From Gemmatimonadota bacterium (GTDB lineage: Bacteria > ARS69), in contig JASLLL010000009.1 in the NCBI GenBank assembly GCA_030747075.1, positions 14,148 to 78,147 of the forward strand: DNA of 64,000 nt. The letters run 5' to 3'. The notes under the pieces were generated by a model. It did not search any database and had not been told where the DNA came from. It was given only the letters and a program-made list of their open reading frames with translations. A program made the translations under genes and the position numbers. Of this stretch, positions 18,857 through 28,894 are shown piece by piece. The stretch's first letter is position 1. Each line of letters opens with the position of its first letter.

Positions 18857-21087
18857 TGGATGCGGACGGACTTGACGGAGGCGCGTCGTCCTCCGCCCGT
18901 GATGTTCAGGAAGTAGACTCCCGCGGGAAGCAGGGTGCCGTCGTCTGCGCGTCCGTCCCAGGTCGTGGTCGAAGCGCCTTCCCGGAATGAGGGGGGCACG
19001 AGCGTTCGCACGCATCGCCCCGCGATGTCCATGACGCGCACGGTAAGGCGCGTGCCTTCCGTTCCCGAGAGGCACAGAGTCTGTGTCCGGGAAGCGGGCT
19101 GTGGCCGGATGCCGAGTACGGCCCACGCGGCAGGGCCGCCGGTCAGGGCTTCCACCGCCGTGGACGACCCCGGGTCATCTTCCCGCATCGTGTACAATCC
19201 GGGTGCCACGCCCTTCCAGACAGTCCGGGTTCCGGATGGCCAGTTCACCACGACCGAGTCCGCGCTTTCCGATTCTTCGATGCCGAGCATGACGCGAAGC
19301 GGGTTCATGAAGCCGCGCCACGAGTTCGCGAAGACGCGGCGATGCACCTCGTCATCATCGTGGTAGGCGACGACTTTCGCCCCGACAGCGGCGTGGCCGG
19401 AGAGCGTTCCAATCAGATCAAGCCGGATCGAGACTCCCCCGGCGCGGGCATTTCGGTAGTACCGGACCACTCCGTTTGCGCTGTAGGTCTGGGGTCCCGC
19501 TCCCTCGCTCAAGAACAACTCCGGAAGTCCGTCTCCGGTCAGGTCTCCCCAGACCGCGCCATCGGCCAGTCCGGTGCTTCCTCCGGGAAGGCCTTCGCTT
19601 GCGGTCACATCCGTCAGCGTTCCCCGCTGATTGCGGTAGAGGCGGTCGGGCGCGTTCGGTTGCGCCGAGGTGCCCATGTCCACGACATGGAGGTCAAGAT
19701 CGCCGTCCGCGTCATAATCCACCCAGGTGATGTGTCGCGGATTGACCATGGCTGACAGCCCCAGACTGCTGGTGACCTCCTGGAATGTCCCGCCGTCGTT
19801 GCGCCACACCCGAGGGCTCCCCGGGATGAATCCCGAATCTTCCAGATCGACTCCGGTCGCCTGCAGCGTACTTCCGCCAGCGGTGACCCACCCGTCGAAG
19901 GTGTCGAAGTTGATGTCGGGCGTGGAACAGCGGATCTGCCACGGGCCCGACGCAGACTCCCGCCACACCCAGGTTCCGCGCTCCACGCCCGGCTGGAAGT
20001 CCGGCTGGCCGATGAACTCGGGCGTCAGGAGAATGGTCTCTCCATTGGGGGGGATCAGTTCGTCCGGCCCCAGAAAGATGCGATTGAGGTTCTGGTAGCC
20101 GCGCAGCCGGAACTGAGCGTGCAGCGTGTCGGCCGTCGTGGAGACAGTCAGTCCGTCCAGTCCCAGGTCTCCGTATCGTGTATTGAAGAAGTAGGAGAGC
20201 GTATCCCCGATGGTATAGGCGTCAAACACGCCGACCATGCCATCGCAAACGGCCAGATCCAGGTCTCCGTCGTTGTCGTAGTCTCCCCAGTCGGCTCCGG
20301 AGATTGTGGGAATGGAAGGGGTGAACACCTCCGACGCATCGACAAAGACTCCGCCGTCGTTGCGGTAGAGTCTGGTCGGTCGCGGGAACTCCTCTCCGCC
20401 GACCAGGAGATCCGGGTCTCCGTCGTCGTCGTAGTCTCCCCAGATTCCCCCGACGGTGCCGTCGAACTCCTCCAGTCCGCTCCCGTCCGACACATCCACA
20501 AACGAGAACCCTCCGCGATTCCGAAAGAGAGCGTTGCCGTAATTCTCGGACGGGGCGGCTCCAGTCCACAGGTCCGGAAGACCGTCGCCATCGTAGTCGG
20601 CGGCGGACACGGCCCGGGTCCGCGTGGGCGGGGAGTCCGCGCCTCCCGCGTCGGGAACCGGAGTGAAGGCTCCGTCGCCCTCGTTCACATACAGTTCGTT
20701 GGCCTCCGGGCTGCTTCCTCCGCCCCCTCCGTGGGTGTAGAAGATGTCAGGCAGGGGGCTGCCGTCCAGAGGCAGAGCCACGGCGCCATGCCGGTCCATC
20801 GGGCCGACCCAGGGCAGTGGATGCAAGAGGCGGGAGAAGACGCCAGTACCGTCGTTCCAGTAGAGAATGGGGGAGTAGAAGTGGTGTCCGGCGCAGAGAT
20901 CCAGGTCTCCGTCGAGATCGAGGTCCGAAAGGAAAGCTCCCCAGGTCGGCTGCGTCCAGTTCAGCCCGGACGAAACCGTCTCATCGAAAAAGACGGCCCC
21001 GGCCGGGCAGCCGCCGAGGGCGATCCATAGGGCCGCACCGACGGCCAGGAAGTGTGGAATGATTGAATGACGCAACGGATGCCCCAC
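18853..21087 (-). CDS. FG-GAP/VCBS-repeat protein with T9SS (Por) type-A C-terminal sorting domain
   Basis: Multiple D-x-D-x-D-G-D calcium-loop repeats (DYDGDGLPDL, DLDGDLDL..). The C-terminal ~70 aa (..RLTVRVMDIAGRCVRTL..WDGRADDGTLLPAGVYFLNITGGGRRASVKSVRI) match the T9SS CTD pattern. N-terminal signal/lipobox. Confidence 0.8.
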   Translation of the reverse strand: MGHPLRHSIIPHFLAVGAALWIALGGCPAGAVFFDETVSSGLNWTQPTWGAFLSDLDLDGDLDLCAGHHFYSPILYWNDGTGVFSRLLHPLPWVGPMDRHGAVALPLDGSPLPDIFYTHGGGGGSSPEANELYVNEGDGAFTPVPDAGGADSPPTRTRAVSAADYDGDGLPDLWTGAAPSENYGNALFRNRGGFSFVDVSDGSGLEEFDGTVGGIWGDYDDDGDPDLLVGGEEFPRPTRLYRNDGGVFVDASEVFTPSIPTISGADWGDYDNDGDLDLAVCDGMVGVFDAYTIGDTLSYFFNTRYGDLGLDGLTVSTTADTLHAQFRLRGYQNLNRIFLGPDELIPPNGETILLTPEFIGQPDFQPGVERGTWVWRESASGPWQIRCSTPDINFDTFDGWVTAGGSTLQATGVDLEDSGFIPGSPRVWRNDGGTFQEVTSSLGLSAMVNPRHITWVDYDADGDLDLHVVDMGTSAQPNAPDRLYRNQRGTLTDVTASEGLPGGSTGLADGAVWGDLTGDGLPELFLSEGAGPQTYSANGVVRYYRNARAGGVSIRLDLIGTLSGHAAVGAKVVAYHDDDEVHRRVFANSWRGFMNPLRVMLGIEESESADSVVVNWPSGTRTVWKGVAPGLYTMREDDPGSSTAVEALTGGPAAWAVLGIRPQPASRTQTLCLSGTEGTRLTVRVMDIAGRCVRTLVPPSFREGASTTTWDGRADDGTLLPAGVYFLNITGGGRRASVKSVRIH

Positions 21088-21286
21088 AGAGGAGAATGTT
21101 CACGGCGAGTTTATCAAATGTGGGGGTCGGACCTCAAGCGGCTCGGCGCGCGCCCGGGGGAGGCTCCGGCCGGAGTTGACAAGCCCTCCTGTGGGAAGTA
21201 CCTTGCGTGGGCTGTAACCGATTGAAACTCAATGTGTTCCGGACTCCGCACTCCGGAGTTCCGGTCGTTCCCGGAGAGGGCAGGTC

Positions 21287-21610
21287 ATGATTACCGTCAC
21301 AGAGGTTGCGTCGGGAAAGATGAAGGAGATTCTCCAGGAGGAAGATCAGGCTGAAAAGGGCATTCGGATCTTCGTGGAGGGCGGCGGGTGCTCCGGTTTC
21401 CAGTACGGATTTGCCTTCGACGACGCCAAGGAAGCGGATTTCAAGCTGGAAATGCCCGGCGGTTTCGAAGTGCTCGTGGATGCGTTCAGCATGAACTACC
21501 TGAAGGGTGCCACGGTGGATTATGTGGAGACGCTGGAGGCATCCGGCTTCAAGATCACCAACCCCAACGCCACCGGAACCTGCGGTTGCGGGCAGTCGTT
21601 CGACAGCTGA
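21287..21610 (+). CDS. erpA: Fe-S cluster insertion/carrier protein, HesB/IscA/ErpA family
   Basis: 107 aa with conserved Cys in ..GGGCSGFQYGF.. and C-terminal ..GTCGCGQSF. Confidence 0.85.
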   Translation: MITVTEVASGKMKEILQEEDQAEKGIRIFVEGGGCSGFQYGFAFDDAKEADFKLEMPGGFEVLVDAFSMNYLKGATVDYVETLEASGFKITNPNATGTCGCGQSFDS

Positions 21611-21663
21611 CGCAGGGCTTCGCGCCACGGGGCGCGGGACCGGGAGAGGCTACCCGGTAGAAA

Positions 21664-21697
21664 GGGCCCCCGCCTGATCGGCGGAGGCCCTTTTCTT
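21664..21697. terminator. Bidirectional rho-independent terminator between convergent genes
   Basis: GGGCCCCCGCC-TGATC-GGCGGAGGCCC stem-loop, followed by TTTTCTT on the plus strand and preceded by AAA (a T-tract on the minus strand). Confidence 0.7.
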
Positions 21698-21713
21698 GCG
21701 CGTGGCACCTTGT

Positions 21714-21974
21714 CTATCTCCATGCCCAGTGTCCGCGTACCCGGATGCGGCACCCGGGGGCGACGCGCTTCCAGTGTCCCGGAACCCACACCCTGTGATG
21801 GCGCGGGGCTCTCGGTCCGGCGACGACCACGACCCGAGCCGGAGCCGGTCGAGGAGTCCGGATGACAAGCCTCCCCCGAACCCGTGCGGATGCGTCAGTC
21901 GGGGCGGCGAGTCCGGCGGAGAGAAGGGCGGCGGTGAGAAGTGCGGGAGCGATGAGTCCGGACAGCGTCTTCAT
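21714..21974 (-). CDS. Small secreted protein (86 aa) with repeated GHW motifs
   Basis: ATG at 21974 with AAGGAG 7 nt upstream. Signal peptide MKTLSGLIAPALLTAALLSAGLAAP. Basic C-terminus ..HRVWVPGHWKRV..RVRGHWAWR. Confidence 0.5.
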   Translation of the reverse strand: MKTLSGLIAPALLTAALLSAGLAAPTDASARVRGRLVIRTPRPAPARVVVVAGPRAPRHHRVWVPGHWKRVAPGCRIRVRGHWAWR

Positions 21975-22210
21975 GAGGGTCTCCTTATGGCCGAATCTCC
22001 GGCCTGTGTGGGTTGCCCGGCGATACCGCAATGCGTGTGCCAATTGCACGCATTGCGGCGTGATCACCCGCAAGTGTCTGTGTCGACACGGGTTCGGTCC
22101 CAGATGGCTGGCCCGTGCCGCCCTCCTTCCTGACGGACCTCTGCGTACATGTTGGACCCCTGCGGCCATGTCCGGCATGATCGACGACGACTGACTCCGG
22201 AGGATCGCCT

Positions 22211-23353
22211 GTGTCGCCCCCTGACTCGGAACAGACTCGCCGCTACGCCCGGCACCTTGTCCTGCCGGAGGTGGGGCGCGAAGGGCAGGAGGCGCTGGGG
22301 CGTGCGCGGGTTCTCTGCGTGGGCGCGGGGGGATTGGGTTCGCCGCTTGCGCTTTATCTTGCCGCGGCCGGCATCGGGACGCTGGGGATCATCGATCACG
22401 ATCGCGTGGACGAAACCAATCTCCAGCGGCAGGTGATTCACGGAACGCCGGATATCGGGCTCCTCAAGACGGACTCCGCCGCATCTGCGATTGACCGCAT
22501 CAACCCCGGCGTCCGGGTAGTTCGCTATCCGGAACGACTGGATGCATCCAATGTGCTGGAGATTCTTGCCGACTACGATCTGGTGGCGGACGGCACGGAC
22601 AACTTCCCCACTCGGTATCTGGTGAACGATGCCTGCGTGCTCGCAGGCAAGGCGAATGTCTACGGTTCCGTGTTTCGATTCGAAGGCCAGGCGGCCGTCT
22701 TCTGCGACCCGGACGGCCCCTGCTACCGCTGCCTCTACCCGCAACCGCCTCCGCCGGGAATGGTGCCCGACTGTGCGACGGGTGGGGTCCTCGGCGTGCT
22801 CCCCGGGCTGATCGGGATGATCCAGGCGACAGAGGTGGTCAAGCGCGTGATCGGAATCGGGGAGCCACTTGTGGGACGGCTCATTCTATACGACGCCCTC
22901 TCCATGACCTTTCGCGACATGAAGATTCGCCGGGACCCGGGTTGCCCCGTCTGCGGAAAGTCCCCACGGATCACCCGGGCGGAGGATCTGGCGGACGCCT
23001 GCGGGGCCGGCGCTGAATCCCCCTCGGCTGGACCGGACACGGACCTGTCGGTGGAGGAAGTCTCCCGGAGGCTGGAGAGCGGGGAGGATCTGGTTCTGCT
23101 GGATGTCCGGATGCCGGAAGAGTGCGGCATCTGCTCGCTGCCGGGTGCGGTGGCCATTCCGCTTCCGCATCTCACGGAGAGGGTCGGGGAACTGGACCCC
23201 GCGCGTGAGGTGATCGTCTATTGCCATGTGGGAATCCGGTCCGCGCACGCCGCTGGAATCCTGCGAAGTGCCGGTTTCCGGAAGGTGTGGAATCTTGCCG
23301 GCGGGATCGATGCCTGGTCGGACCGGGTGGACGCGACGATCCCGCGCTACTGA
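22211..23353 (+). CDS. moeB: Molybdopterin/thiamine-type E1-like adenylyltransferase (MoeB/ThiF family) with C-terminal rhodanese domain (MoeZ-like)
   Basis: GxGxxG (VLCVGAGGLGS), CxxC..CxxC zinc motifs, and a C-terminal rhodanese with the active-site Cys loop (VYCHVGIRS). Confidence 0.85.
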   Translation: MSPPDSEQTRRYARHLVLPEVGREGQEALGRARVLCVGAGGLGSPLALYLAAAGIGTLGIIDHDRVDETNLQRQVIHGTPDIGLLKTDSAASAIDRINPGVRVVRYPERLDASNVLEILADYDLVADGTDNFPTRYLVNDACVLAGKANVYGSVFRFEGQAAVFCDPDGPCYRCLYPQPPPPGMVPDCATGGVLGVLPGLIGMIQATEVVKRVIGIGEPLVGRLILYDALSMTFRDMKIRRDPGCPVCGKSPRITRAEDLADACGAGAESPSAGPDTDLSVEEVSRRLESGEDLVLLDVRMPEECGICSLPGAVAIPLPHLTERVGELDPAREVIVYCHVGIRSAHAAGILRSAGFRKVWNLAGGIDAWSDRVDATIPRY

Positions 23354-23362
23354 GGGAGTGGG

Positions 23363-24166
23363 CTAGTCTTCCTGTTCGGAGCAGGGGTTTTCCCCGGTCG
23401 CGAAGTTGAGGCGGCACCGGCCACCCTCGTACGGAATCACTCCGGAACCGGACCCGTCGAGTTCCAGAGTGAAGGGGAGGATCGTCTCCCCGAACAGGAA
23501 CGCTCCCATCTCCATCTCTCCCGACGGCCATTGGCCGACCGCGCCCGCGCTGTAGGAGAAGGTCAGATCGAGTTCGTGAATCCAGGAGTAGAGGAGGTTG
23601 GTGTCTTCCATCCGGAGAGTCCCTTGAGTCCGGATGCCCGTTCCCGTTTCGGAGGGTCGGCAGCGAATCCCCCCGGAGTCCCAGAGCGTGGGGTGCGCGG
23701 ACATCGTAAAGGTGCGCCCGAGAGAATCAGGGAGCGTCAGAATGAGTTCCGGCACGGACAGAGTCCAGGAGGGGACCGGGGATGTCTCTTCCACCGTGTA
23801 GGACATGGATCCGTCCACGGTGTAGCGGATCCACTCTCCGCAGAGAAGCTTTGCATCTTCGAACGAGGCCTCTCCGGTGGACGGATGCAGCACCCAACTG
23901 CCAGCGGGCTCTTCGCAGGTGGTTCCCGTGATGGGGGCGGATGATCCTTCCTCCATGCGGGAAAGAAGCGACTCAGCGAGCGAGTTCTGGAACTGCAGGA
24001 AGTCCAGGGCCACGCGGGACGCCAGGAAGATGTCGTCCGAATCCAGCCTGCCGGTCCCGGGATCCGCCAGCGATCCTCGATCGTCTTTGCAGGAAGCGAG
24101 CGGCAGCGCCACGAGAAGCACGGCGACTGGTGCGAAGCGACGGAAGAACTGGCGATCACGCGACAT
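23363..24166 (-). CDS. Hypothetical lipoprotein
   Basis: Signal peptide plus lipobox (LVALPLASCKDD). No domain recognised. Confidence 0.5.
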   Translation of the reverse strand: MSRDRQFFRRFAPVAVLLVALPLASCKDDRGSLADPGTGRLDSDDIFLASRVALDFLQFQNSLAESLLSRMEEGSSAPITGTTCEEPAGSWVLHPSTGEASFEDAKLLCGEWIRYTVDGSMSYTVEETSPVPSWTLSVPELILTLPDSLGRTFTMSAHPTLWDSGGIRCRPSETGTGIRTQGTLRMEDTNLLYSWIHELDLTFSYSAGAVGQWPSGEMEMGAFLFGETILPFTLELDGSGSGVIPYEGGRCRLNFATGENPCSEQED

Positions 24167-24279
24167 TCTGGACCCCTCCAGAAAGAAGAATCGGCCGGGA
24201 GAGGGAATCTCCGGACCCGGTGACAGACCCGCCTACATCTAGCAGAAGGAGGGCGGAATGTCCAGCGTGAGCCCATCCA

Positions 24280-25089
24280 TCACGGGGCACGGAAGAAGAG
24301 CGTGCCTCCCAGATCGATCCACTTGATCGTGACTCGCCCCGCGATCCCGGTCTCTTCACGAGCGCCGATGTTGAACATCTCCTCGAAGACCACCCCGCCC
24401 TTGAAAGTCCGATCCTCCGCGATCAGGAAGTCGAGGAACAGAAGGACCGAGGAGTCCTCATTCCCGACGAGGACATCCGCTCCGTCGGAATAGAGGACAT
24501 AGGCGGCTTTCCCTTCGCGGCCCTTGCTGCGGATCACCTCAGGAAGGACCTTGTCCCTGCGAACATGGAACTCCGTGAGCGTCGTGGGAGATCCGATGAA
24601 CCGGCGAAGCTTCCTGGTATTGGACGCCTCGGTCTCGCAGAGATGGACATCGGAGAGGAACTCATCGAAAGGAACTTCCGCATGGCCCAGCAGTTCCGGA
24701 AGCCGGAGCTGCACTTTGGTTTCTTCGGAGAAGAGTTCGACGACTTCCTTGCCGTTGTAGATCCGATCCAGGACGAGGTGCGTTCGCGGCTGCTTCCTCT
24801 TGCGGACACCCAGCATGGTGCCTCGCTTGACATGTTCGCGGAGGTTCTTCTTGAGGTCCGGTCCCATCATGACCAGGAAAATGTTGCCATCGCGGACGAG
24901 TGCCGTGTTCTTCCGGGCGGCGGCGATCTTGGGGACAGGAATGCGATAGGTGTGGGTGCTGCTTTGCACCTGGCCCTTCATCATCTCCTCAAGAGACGCT
25001 TCCTTGTACGGATCCTGAAAAGACTCACAGCCCACCAGGGCGAAGGCAACCAACAGGGACGGAATCAGGATACGCAGGGGCTTCATCAT
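24280..25089 (-). CDS. Hypothetical lipoprotein (Lys-rich)
   Basis: MMKPLRILIPSLLVAFALVGCES lipobox. The Lys-rich composition in a 70% GC genome argues for real coding. Confidence 0.5.
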   Translation of the reverse strand: MMKPLRILIPSLLVAFALVGCESFQDPYKEASLEEMMKGQVQSSTHTYRIPVPKIAAARKNTALVRDGNIFLVMMGPDLKKNLREHVKRGTMLGVRKRKQPRTHLVLDRIYNGKEVVELFSEETKVQLRLPELLGHAEVPFDEFLSDVHLCETEASNTRKLRRFIGSPTTLTEFHVRRDKVLPEVIRSKGREGKAAYVLYSDGADVLVGNEDSSVLLFLDFLIAEDRTFKGGVVFEEMFNIGAREETGIAGRVTIKWIDLGGTLFFRAP

Positions 25090-25226
25090 GGGACCACCTC
25101 TCACCGACCGGAGTGAACTCGAAGGAGGGTCCGCTCCCTCCCGACGACCAATGTTCCCTGTTCGCGGCTTTTCGGCAAGCCCTGCGTTGGGGTAGGATGG
25201 ACTGGTTCACCCACCCGGAGGAATCC

Positions 25227-26570
25227 ATGCCTGATCTTACGACCGAGTTTGCCGGAGTGGTCTCCCCAAACCCCTTCTGGCTGGCATCTGCCCCGCCCAC
25301 GAATATGGGGTCCATGGTGTCTCGCGCATTCGACCAGGGCTGGGGGGGGGCGGTCTGGAAGACCCTGGGAGACCCCATCGTGAATGTCTCGTCGCGGCTT
25401 GCGGCCAGCGACTACGGTCCGCTTCGCATGATGGCGCTGAACAACATCGAACTCATCACGGACCGTTCGGTGGAGACGAATCTCCGGGAAATCGCCGAGG
25501 TGAAGAAGGCCTGGCCGGACCGGGCCGTCATCGTGTCGGTGATGGTCAATCCCGAGCGGGAAGCATGGCACGAGATGGTGGAGCGCGTGGGGGATACCGG
25601 GGCGGATGGCGTGGAACTCAACTTCGGCTGTCCGCACGGGATGAGCGAGCGCGGTATGGGCTCCGCGATCGGGCAGGTTCCCGAGTACACGAAAATGATC
25701 ACCGAGTGGGTCGCGGAAAAGGCCGCGGATGTGAAGAAAGACCGGCCCTTTGCGGTGATCGTGAAGCTGACGCCGAATGTGACGGATGTTGTGCACATTG
25801 CGCGTGCGGCGCGCGAGGGGGGCGCGGATGCGGTGGCGCTCATCAACACCATCAACAGCATCATGAGTGTGGATCTGGACACGATGGTTCCCGCGCCGAA
25901 TGTGAACGGCAAGGCGGCGCACGGTGGCCTCTGCGGTCCGGCGGTGAAGCCGATCGCGCTTCACATGGTCAGTTCCATCGCGCGGGATCCGGGCTGGGAC
26001 TTGCCGATCTCCGGAATCGGGGGGATTGCTGACTGGCGGGACGCCGCCGAGTTCCTCGCGCTGGGCGCGACCAATGTTCAGGTCTGCACGGCAGTCATGC
26101 ACTTCGGATACCGGATTGTCGAGGAGATGACTGAAGGGCTGGAGGACTATCTCACGGAAAAGGGACTCGCCTCCGTTTCAGAGATGGTCGGCGCCGCCAA
26201 CGGGCAGGTCGTGGACTGGGGGGATCTGGATCTCGGCTATCAGATTGTGGCGCGGGTTCATCCGGAGAAGTGCATCCGCTGCAACCTTTGCCATGTGGCC
26301 TGTCGCGACGGCGCCCATCAGAGTATCGAACTGGTGTCCGCGGAGACCGGGGCCATCGTCCGTGATCGTCAGGGGGTCGGAGAGGAACCCGCCCCGGATG
26401 CCCGGGTTTACCCGCGCGTCGTGGACGATGAGTGTGTGGGATGCAACCTGTGTTCGCTGGTGTGCCCGGAACCGGGGGCGATCACGATGGAGCGCGTGGA
26501 CGACGGCTCCCGTTCGATCACCTGGCGGGAGTGGACGGAGCGCGGACTCCCGGTGGTGCCCAAGCCCTGA
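25227..26570 (+). CDS. preA: NAD-dependent dihydropyrimidine dehydrogenase subunit PreA-like (DHOD-like TIM barrel plus two 4Fe-4S ferredoxin motifs)
   Basis: FMN-binding DHOD/DPD fold (..GADGVELNFGCPHGM.., ..ISGIGGI..). C-terminal CIRCNLCHVACRDG and CVGCNLCSLVCP clusters. ATG at 25227 with GGAGG. Confidence 0.8.
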   Translation: MPDLTTEFAGVVSPNPFWLASAPPTNMGSMVSRAFDQGWGGAVWKTLGDPIVNVSSRLAASDYGPLRMMALNNIELITDRSVETNLREIAEVKKAWPDRAVIVSVMVNPEREAWHEMVERVGDTGADGVELNFGCPHGMSERGMGSAIGQVPEYTKMITEWVAEKAADVKKDRPFAVIVKLTPNVTDVVHIARAAREGGADAVALINTINSIMSVDLDTMVPAPNVNGKAAHGGLCGPAVKPIALHMVSSIARDPGWDLPISGIGGIADWRDAAEFLALGATNVQVCTAVMHFGYRIVEEMTEGLEDYLTEKGLASVSEMVGAANGQVVDWGDLDLGYQIVARVHPEKCIRCNLCHVACRDGAHQSIELVSAETGAIVRDRQGVGEEPAPDARVYPRVVDDECVGCNLCSLVCPEPGAITMERVDDGSRSITWREWTERGLPVVPKP

Positions 26571-26572
26571 CG

Positions 26573-28894
26573 CTACTGGATGTATCCGAGTGCGCGGAGT
26601 TCCTCTCGGATTCTCTCGTCGGCGTCGGTCGCGATTCCTTCCGTCGTTGCGCTGTCCCGGGCGCCGTAGCTCTCCACCATGCGCACCCCGTGTTCCTCAG
26701 CCCAGGCTTCTGTGAAGAGATCGGTCAGCACCACGCCCTCCATGTCGGCGGCAGCTGGCGCGCCCAGGAGGTGGAGGATCGTCGGAGTCAGGTCGACCGC
26801 CCGCGCCCCGCGGACCCACCCGCCCTTTCGAAAGGGAGGCCCCGCCGCCAGCAGGAACCCGTCCATGGCGTGATCGCCGGAGTGCCCGCTCGGGACGATC
26901 GCGCTTCCCGCAGGGAGTCGCCCGTTGCCCAGAGAGAGGGCGGCCCCGGCCAGTCCCCGGTGGAATCGGGCCAGAAGGAATGGCCCGTCCTCATCGCGTC
27001 CTGTCGAGAGTCGGCGGAAAACCGCCCCCCCCGCATCGGTGCGTGCCTTGCTCAGCGTTCGCTTTGCCTCTTCCAGCGCCACTTTCCCGTTCGCGGCGGC
27101 CCTGCCCGGGCGCAACCGTCGCACGGGGTCGGTGAAACGGTCTGCGTTCGGATCGAAGACCCGGCTGGCCCGCTCATCCACGCTCCCCGGTTCTCCCGGC
27201 AGCGAAACAGCCAACCCGGCCGCCGCGAGCAGGTGGTTCATGTGGTAGGCGGTGTCGCGTTCGTTGTTTGCGAGGAATCCGTGATCGGACAGGATGACGA
27301 TGCTGGTGCGCGGATCCACCATCGCGATCACCTCGCCCACGAGTTCATCGGCGAAGTCGTAGTACCGGTCGATGACCGGAGCGAGGGCACGGACTTCGTC
27401 GTCGGCCATGGTGCCGTAGAGCGTTTCGGAGAGCCCCCGCCGCCCGCGTTCCGCCATGCGGTACTTCCAGAAGAGGTGCTGCGTATTGTCGGTGCCGCGG
27501 AAGTAGAGTGCGGTCAGGTCCGGTTGTTCTTCGCGAAGGAGAAGCCGCGCGGACTCCAGCGTGAAGAGATCATGGCGCACCACCCGATCGAGCACATCCA
27601 CGGCACGACGGGTCGGCCCCCATTGCTCGCGCCGGAACACCTCCAGCGAATCGCCGACTTGTGTGAACCTCCCGATGCCGCGCCACGGATGGGTGTCCAG
27701 CGTCTGGCGCACCGAATCCACCGCCGCCGTGAGGTGCGCGGGATACACGCGGTCCGACAGGCCGTCGAAGTCCGCCCGGTCGGAGACAATCGTGCCCGCC
27801 ACCTCCTCCGCAGGCCACGACACATACCAGTTCACGAACGCCACCGTGTAGTCCGCCGGCGCGGCGATGTTCCACAGCGCGGGAACTCGTCGCATCCGGC
27901 CTGACACCGGAATGGCCTCACCATCGCGCCGCGTGACAAAGTCCCGAATGCCGTGCGTGGTCGGGAGCATTCCCGTCACGACCGAGGTCCACACCACGGG
28001 CGACTTCGGCGTGCGGATGGAACGCAGCGGGCCGGTCGTTCCGTCGCGCAGGAGTCGCGCGAAGTTCGGCAGGCGCCCTTCGGCGATGCCCTCGTCGAGG
28101 AGGCCTCGCTCGATTCCGTCGATCGCGAGAATCAGGACGCGCTCGTCGCTGCCCGATCGGGCCGCGCTGGCGACGGTCTCCGCGTCCGGGCGGCGAGGTC
28201 CCGGAAGCGAGGTCGTCGCCATTCCCGCGAGAAGAAGGAGCGCCATGGCGGGCAGGCCGAACGCAAGCGCGCGAAGAACCTGCGGGGGGGCCACGCGACT
28301 CACGCGGGCACTCACCCATGCGACGGCAAACGCCCCGCTCGCCGCCGCAAGAACGATCCACAGTCCGGGTGCCGCGGGCAGACCCCGGTGAAGCCAGAGC
28401 CGTCCGAACGCGGCGGCGTCGATGGCAGCCAGGACGCTCGCGATCGCGGCGGCTCGCGCCAATCCCGCCCGGAGCTTCCCGCGAGCGAGAGTCGCCAGCG
28501 CCGCGCCCGCGGCGGCCCCGACCAGCGCATGCATGGCGACATAGGCAGCGGTACCCATGGCGGCGGTATCCAGATGCGTGAGTGTCGGCTCCGAGAGAAG
28601 AGGACGGAGTCTGCGGAATGCGAAGTTGAGCAGGTCCGCCCATACATGGAGGTCGCGGGATCTCTCGGCCGCGGCGAATACGGCGCCGGCACCGATCCCC
28701 GCGAGGAATCCCTCGATCGCTGCACGCGCTCGGTCGATCTCCCGGGCGGGGAGGCGCGCGTCGCTCAACGGCGCGTCTCGGGATGGGTCGATGCGCGCGT
28801 GTCCGCTCCAGTGCGACCCGCACCCTGAGATTCGCCCGGTTCGGTCAGAAGCAGGCGATGAATCTCCTCCACATCGGGCCGTGGAAGGCCGCAA
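26573..28894 (-). CDS. Membrane-anchored type I phosphodiesterase / nucleotide pyrophosphatase (AlkP superfamily) protein, paralog of 35533..37539
   Basis: N-terminal multi-TM region followed by an AlkP-core motif (LILAIDGI..TPKSPVVWTSVVTGMLPTTHGI). The start is uncertain; the annotated 5' end overlaps the next gene by ~130 nt. Confidence 0.7.
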   Translation of the reverse strand: MRPSTARCGGDSSPASDRTGRISGCGSHWSGHARIDPSRDAPLSDARLPAREIDRARAAIEGFLAGIGAGAVFAAAERSRDLHVWADLLNFAFRRLRPLLSEPTLTHLDTAAMGTAAYVAMHALVGAAAGAALATLARGKLRAGLARAAAIASVLAAIDAAAFGRLWLHRGLPAAPGLWIVLAAASGAFAVAWVSARVSRVAPPQVLRALAFGLPAMALLLLAGMATTSLPGPRRPDAETVASAARSGSDERVLILAIDGIERGLLDEGIAEGRLPNFARLLRDGTTGPLRSIRTPKSPVVWTSVVTGMLPTTHGIRDFVTRRDGEAIPVSGRMRRVPALWNIAAPADYTVAFVNWYVSWPAEEVAGTIVSDRADFDGLSDRVYPAHLTAAVDSVRQTLDTHPWRGIGRFTQVGDSLEVFRREQWGPTRRAVDVLDRVVRHDLFTLESARLLLREEQPDLTALYFRGTDNTQHLFWKYRMAERGRRGLSETLYGTMADDEVRALAPVIDRYYDFADELVGEVIAMVDPRTSIVILSDHGFLANNERDTAYHMNHLLAAAGLAVSLPGEPGSVDERASRVFDPNADRFTDPVRRLRPGRAAANGKVALEEAKRTLSKARTDAGGAVFRRLSTGRDEDGPFLLARFHRGLAGAALSLGNGRLPAGSAIVPSGHSGDHAMDGFLLAAGPPFRKGGWVRGARAVDLTPTILHLLGAPAAADMEGVVLTDLFTEAWAEEHGVRMVESYGARDSATTEGIATDADERIREELRALGYIQ

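Noticed and set aside
21698-21713. TGGCACCTTGTCTATC sigma-54-like -24 element after the erpA terminator
   Set aside because: No TTGC at the -12 position, and it faces the 3' end of a convergent gene.
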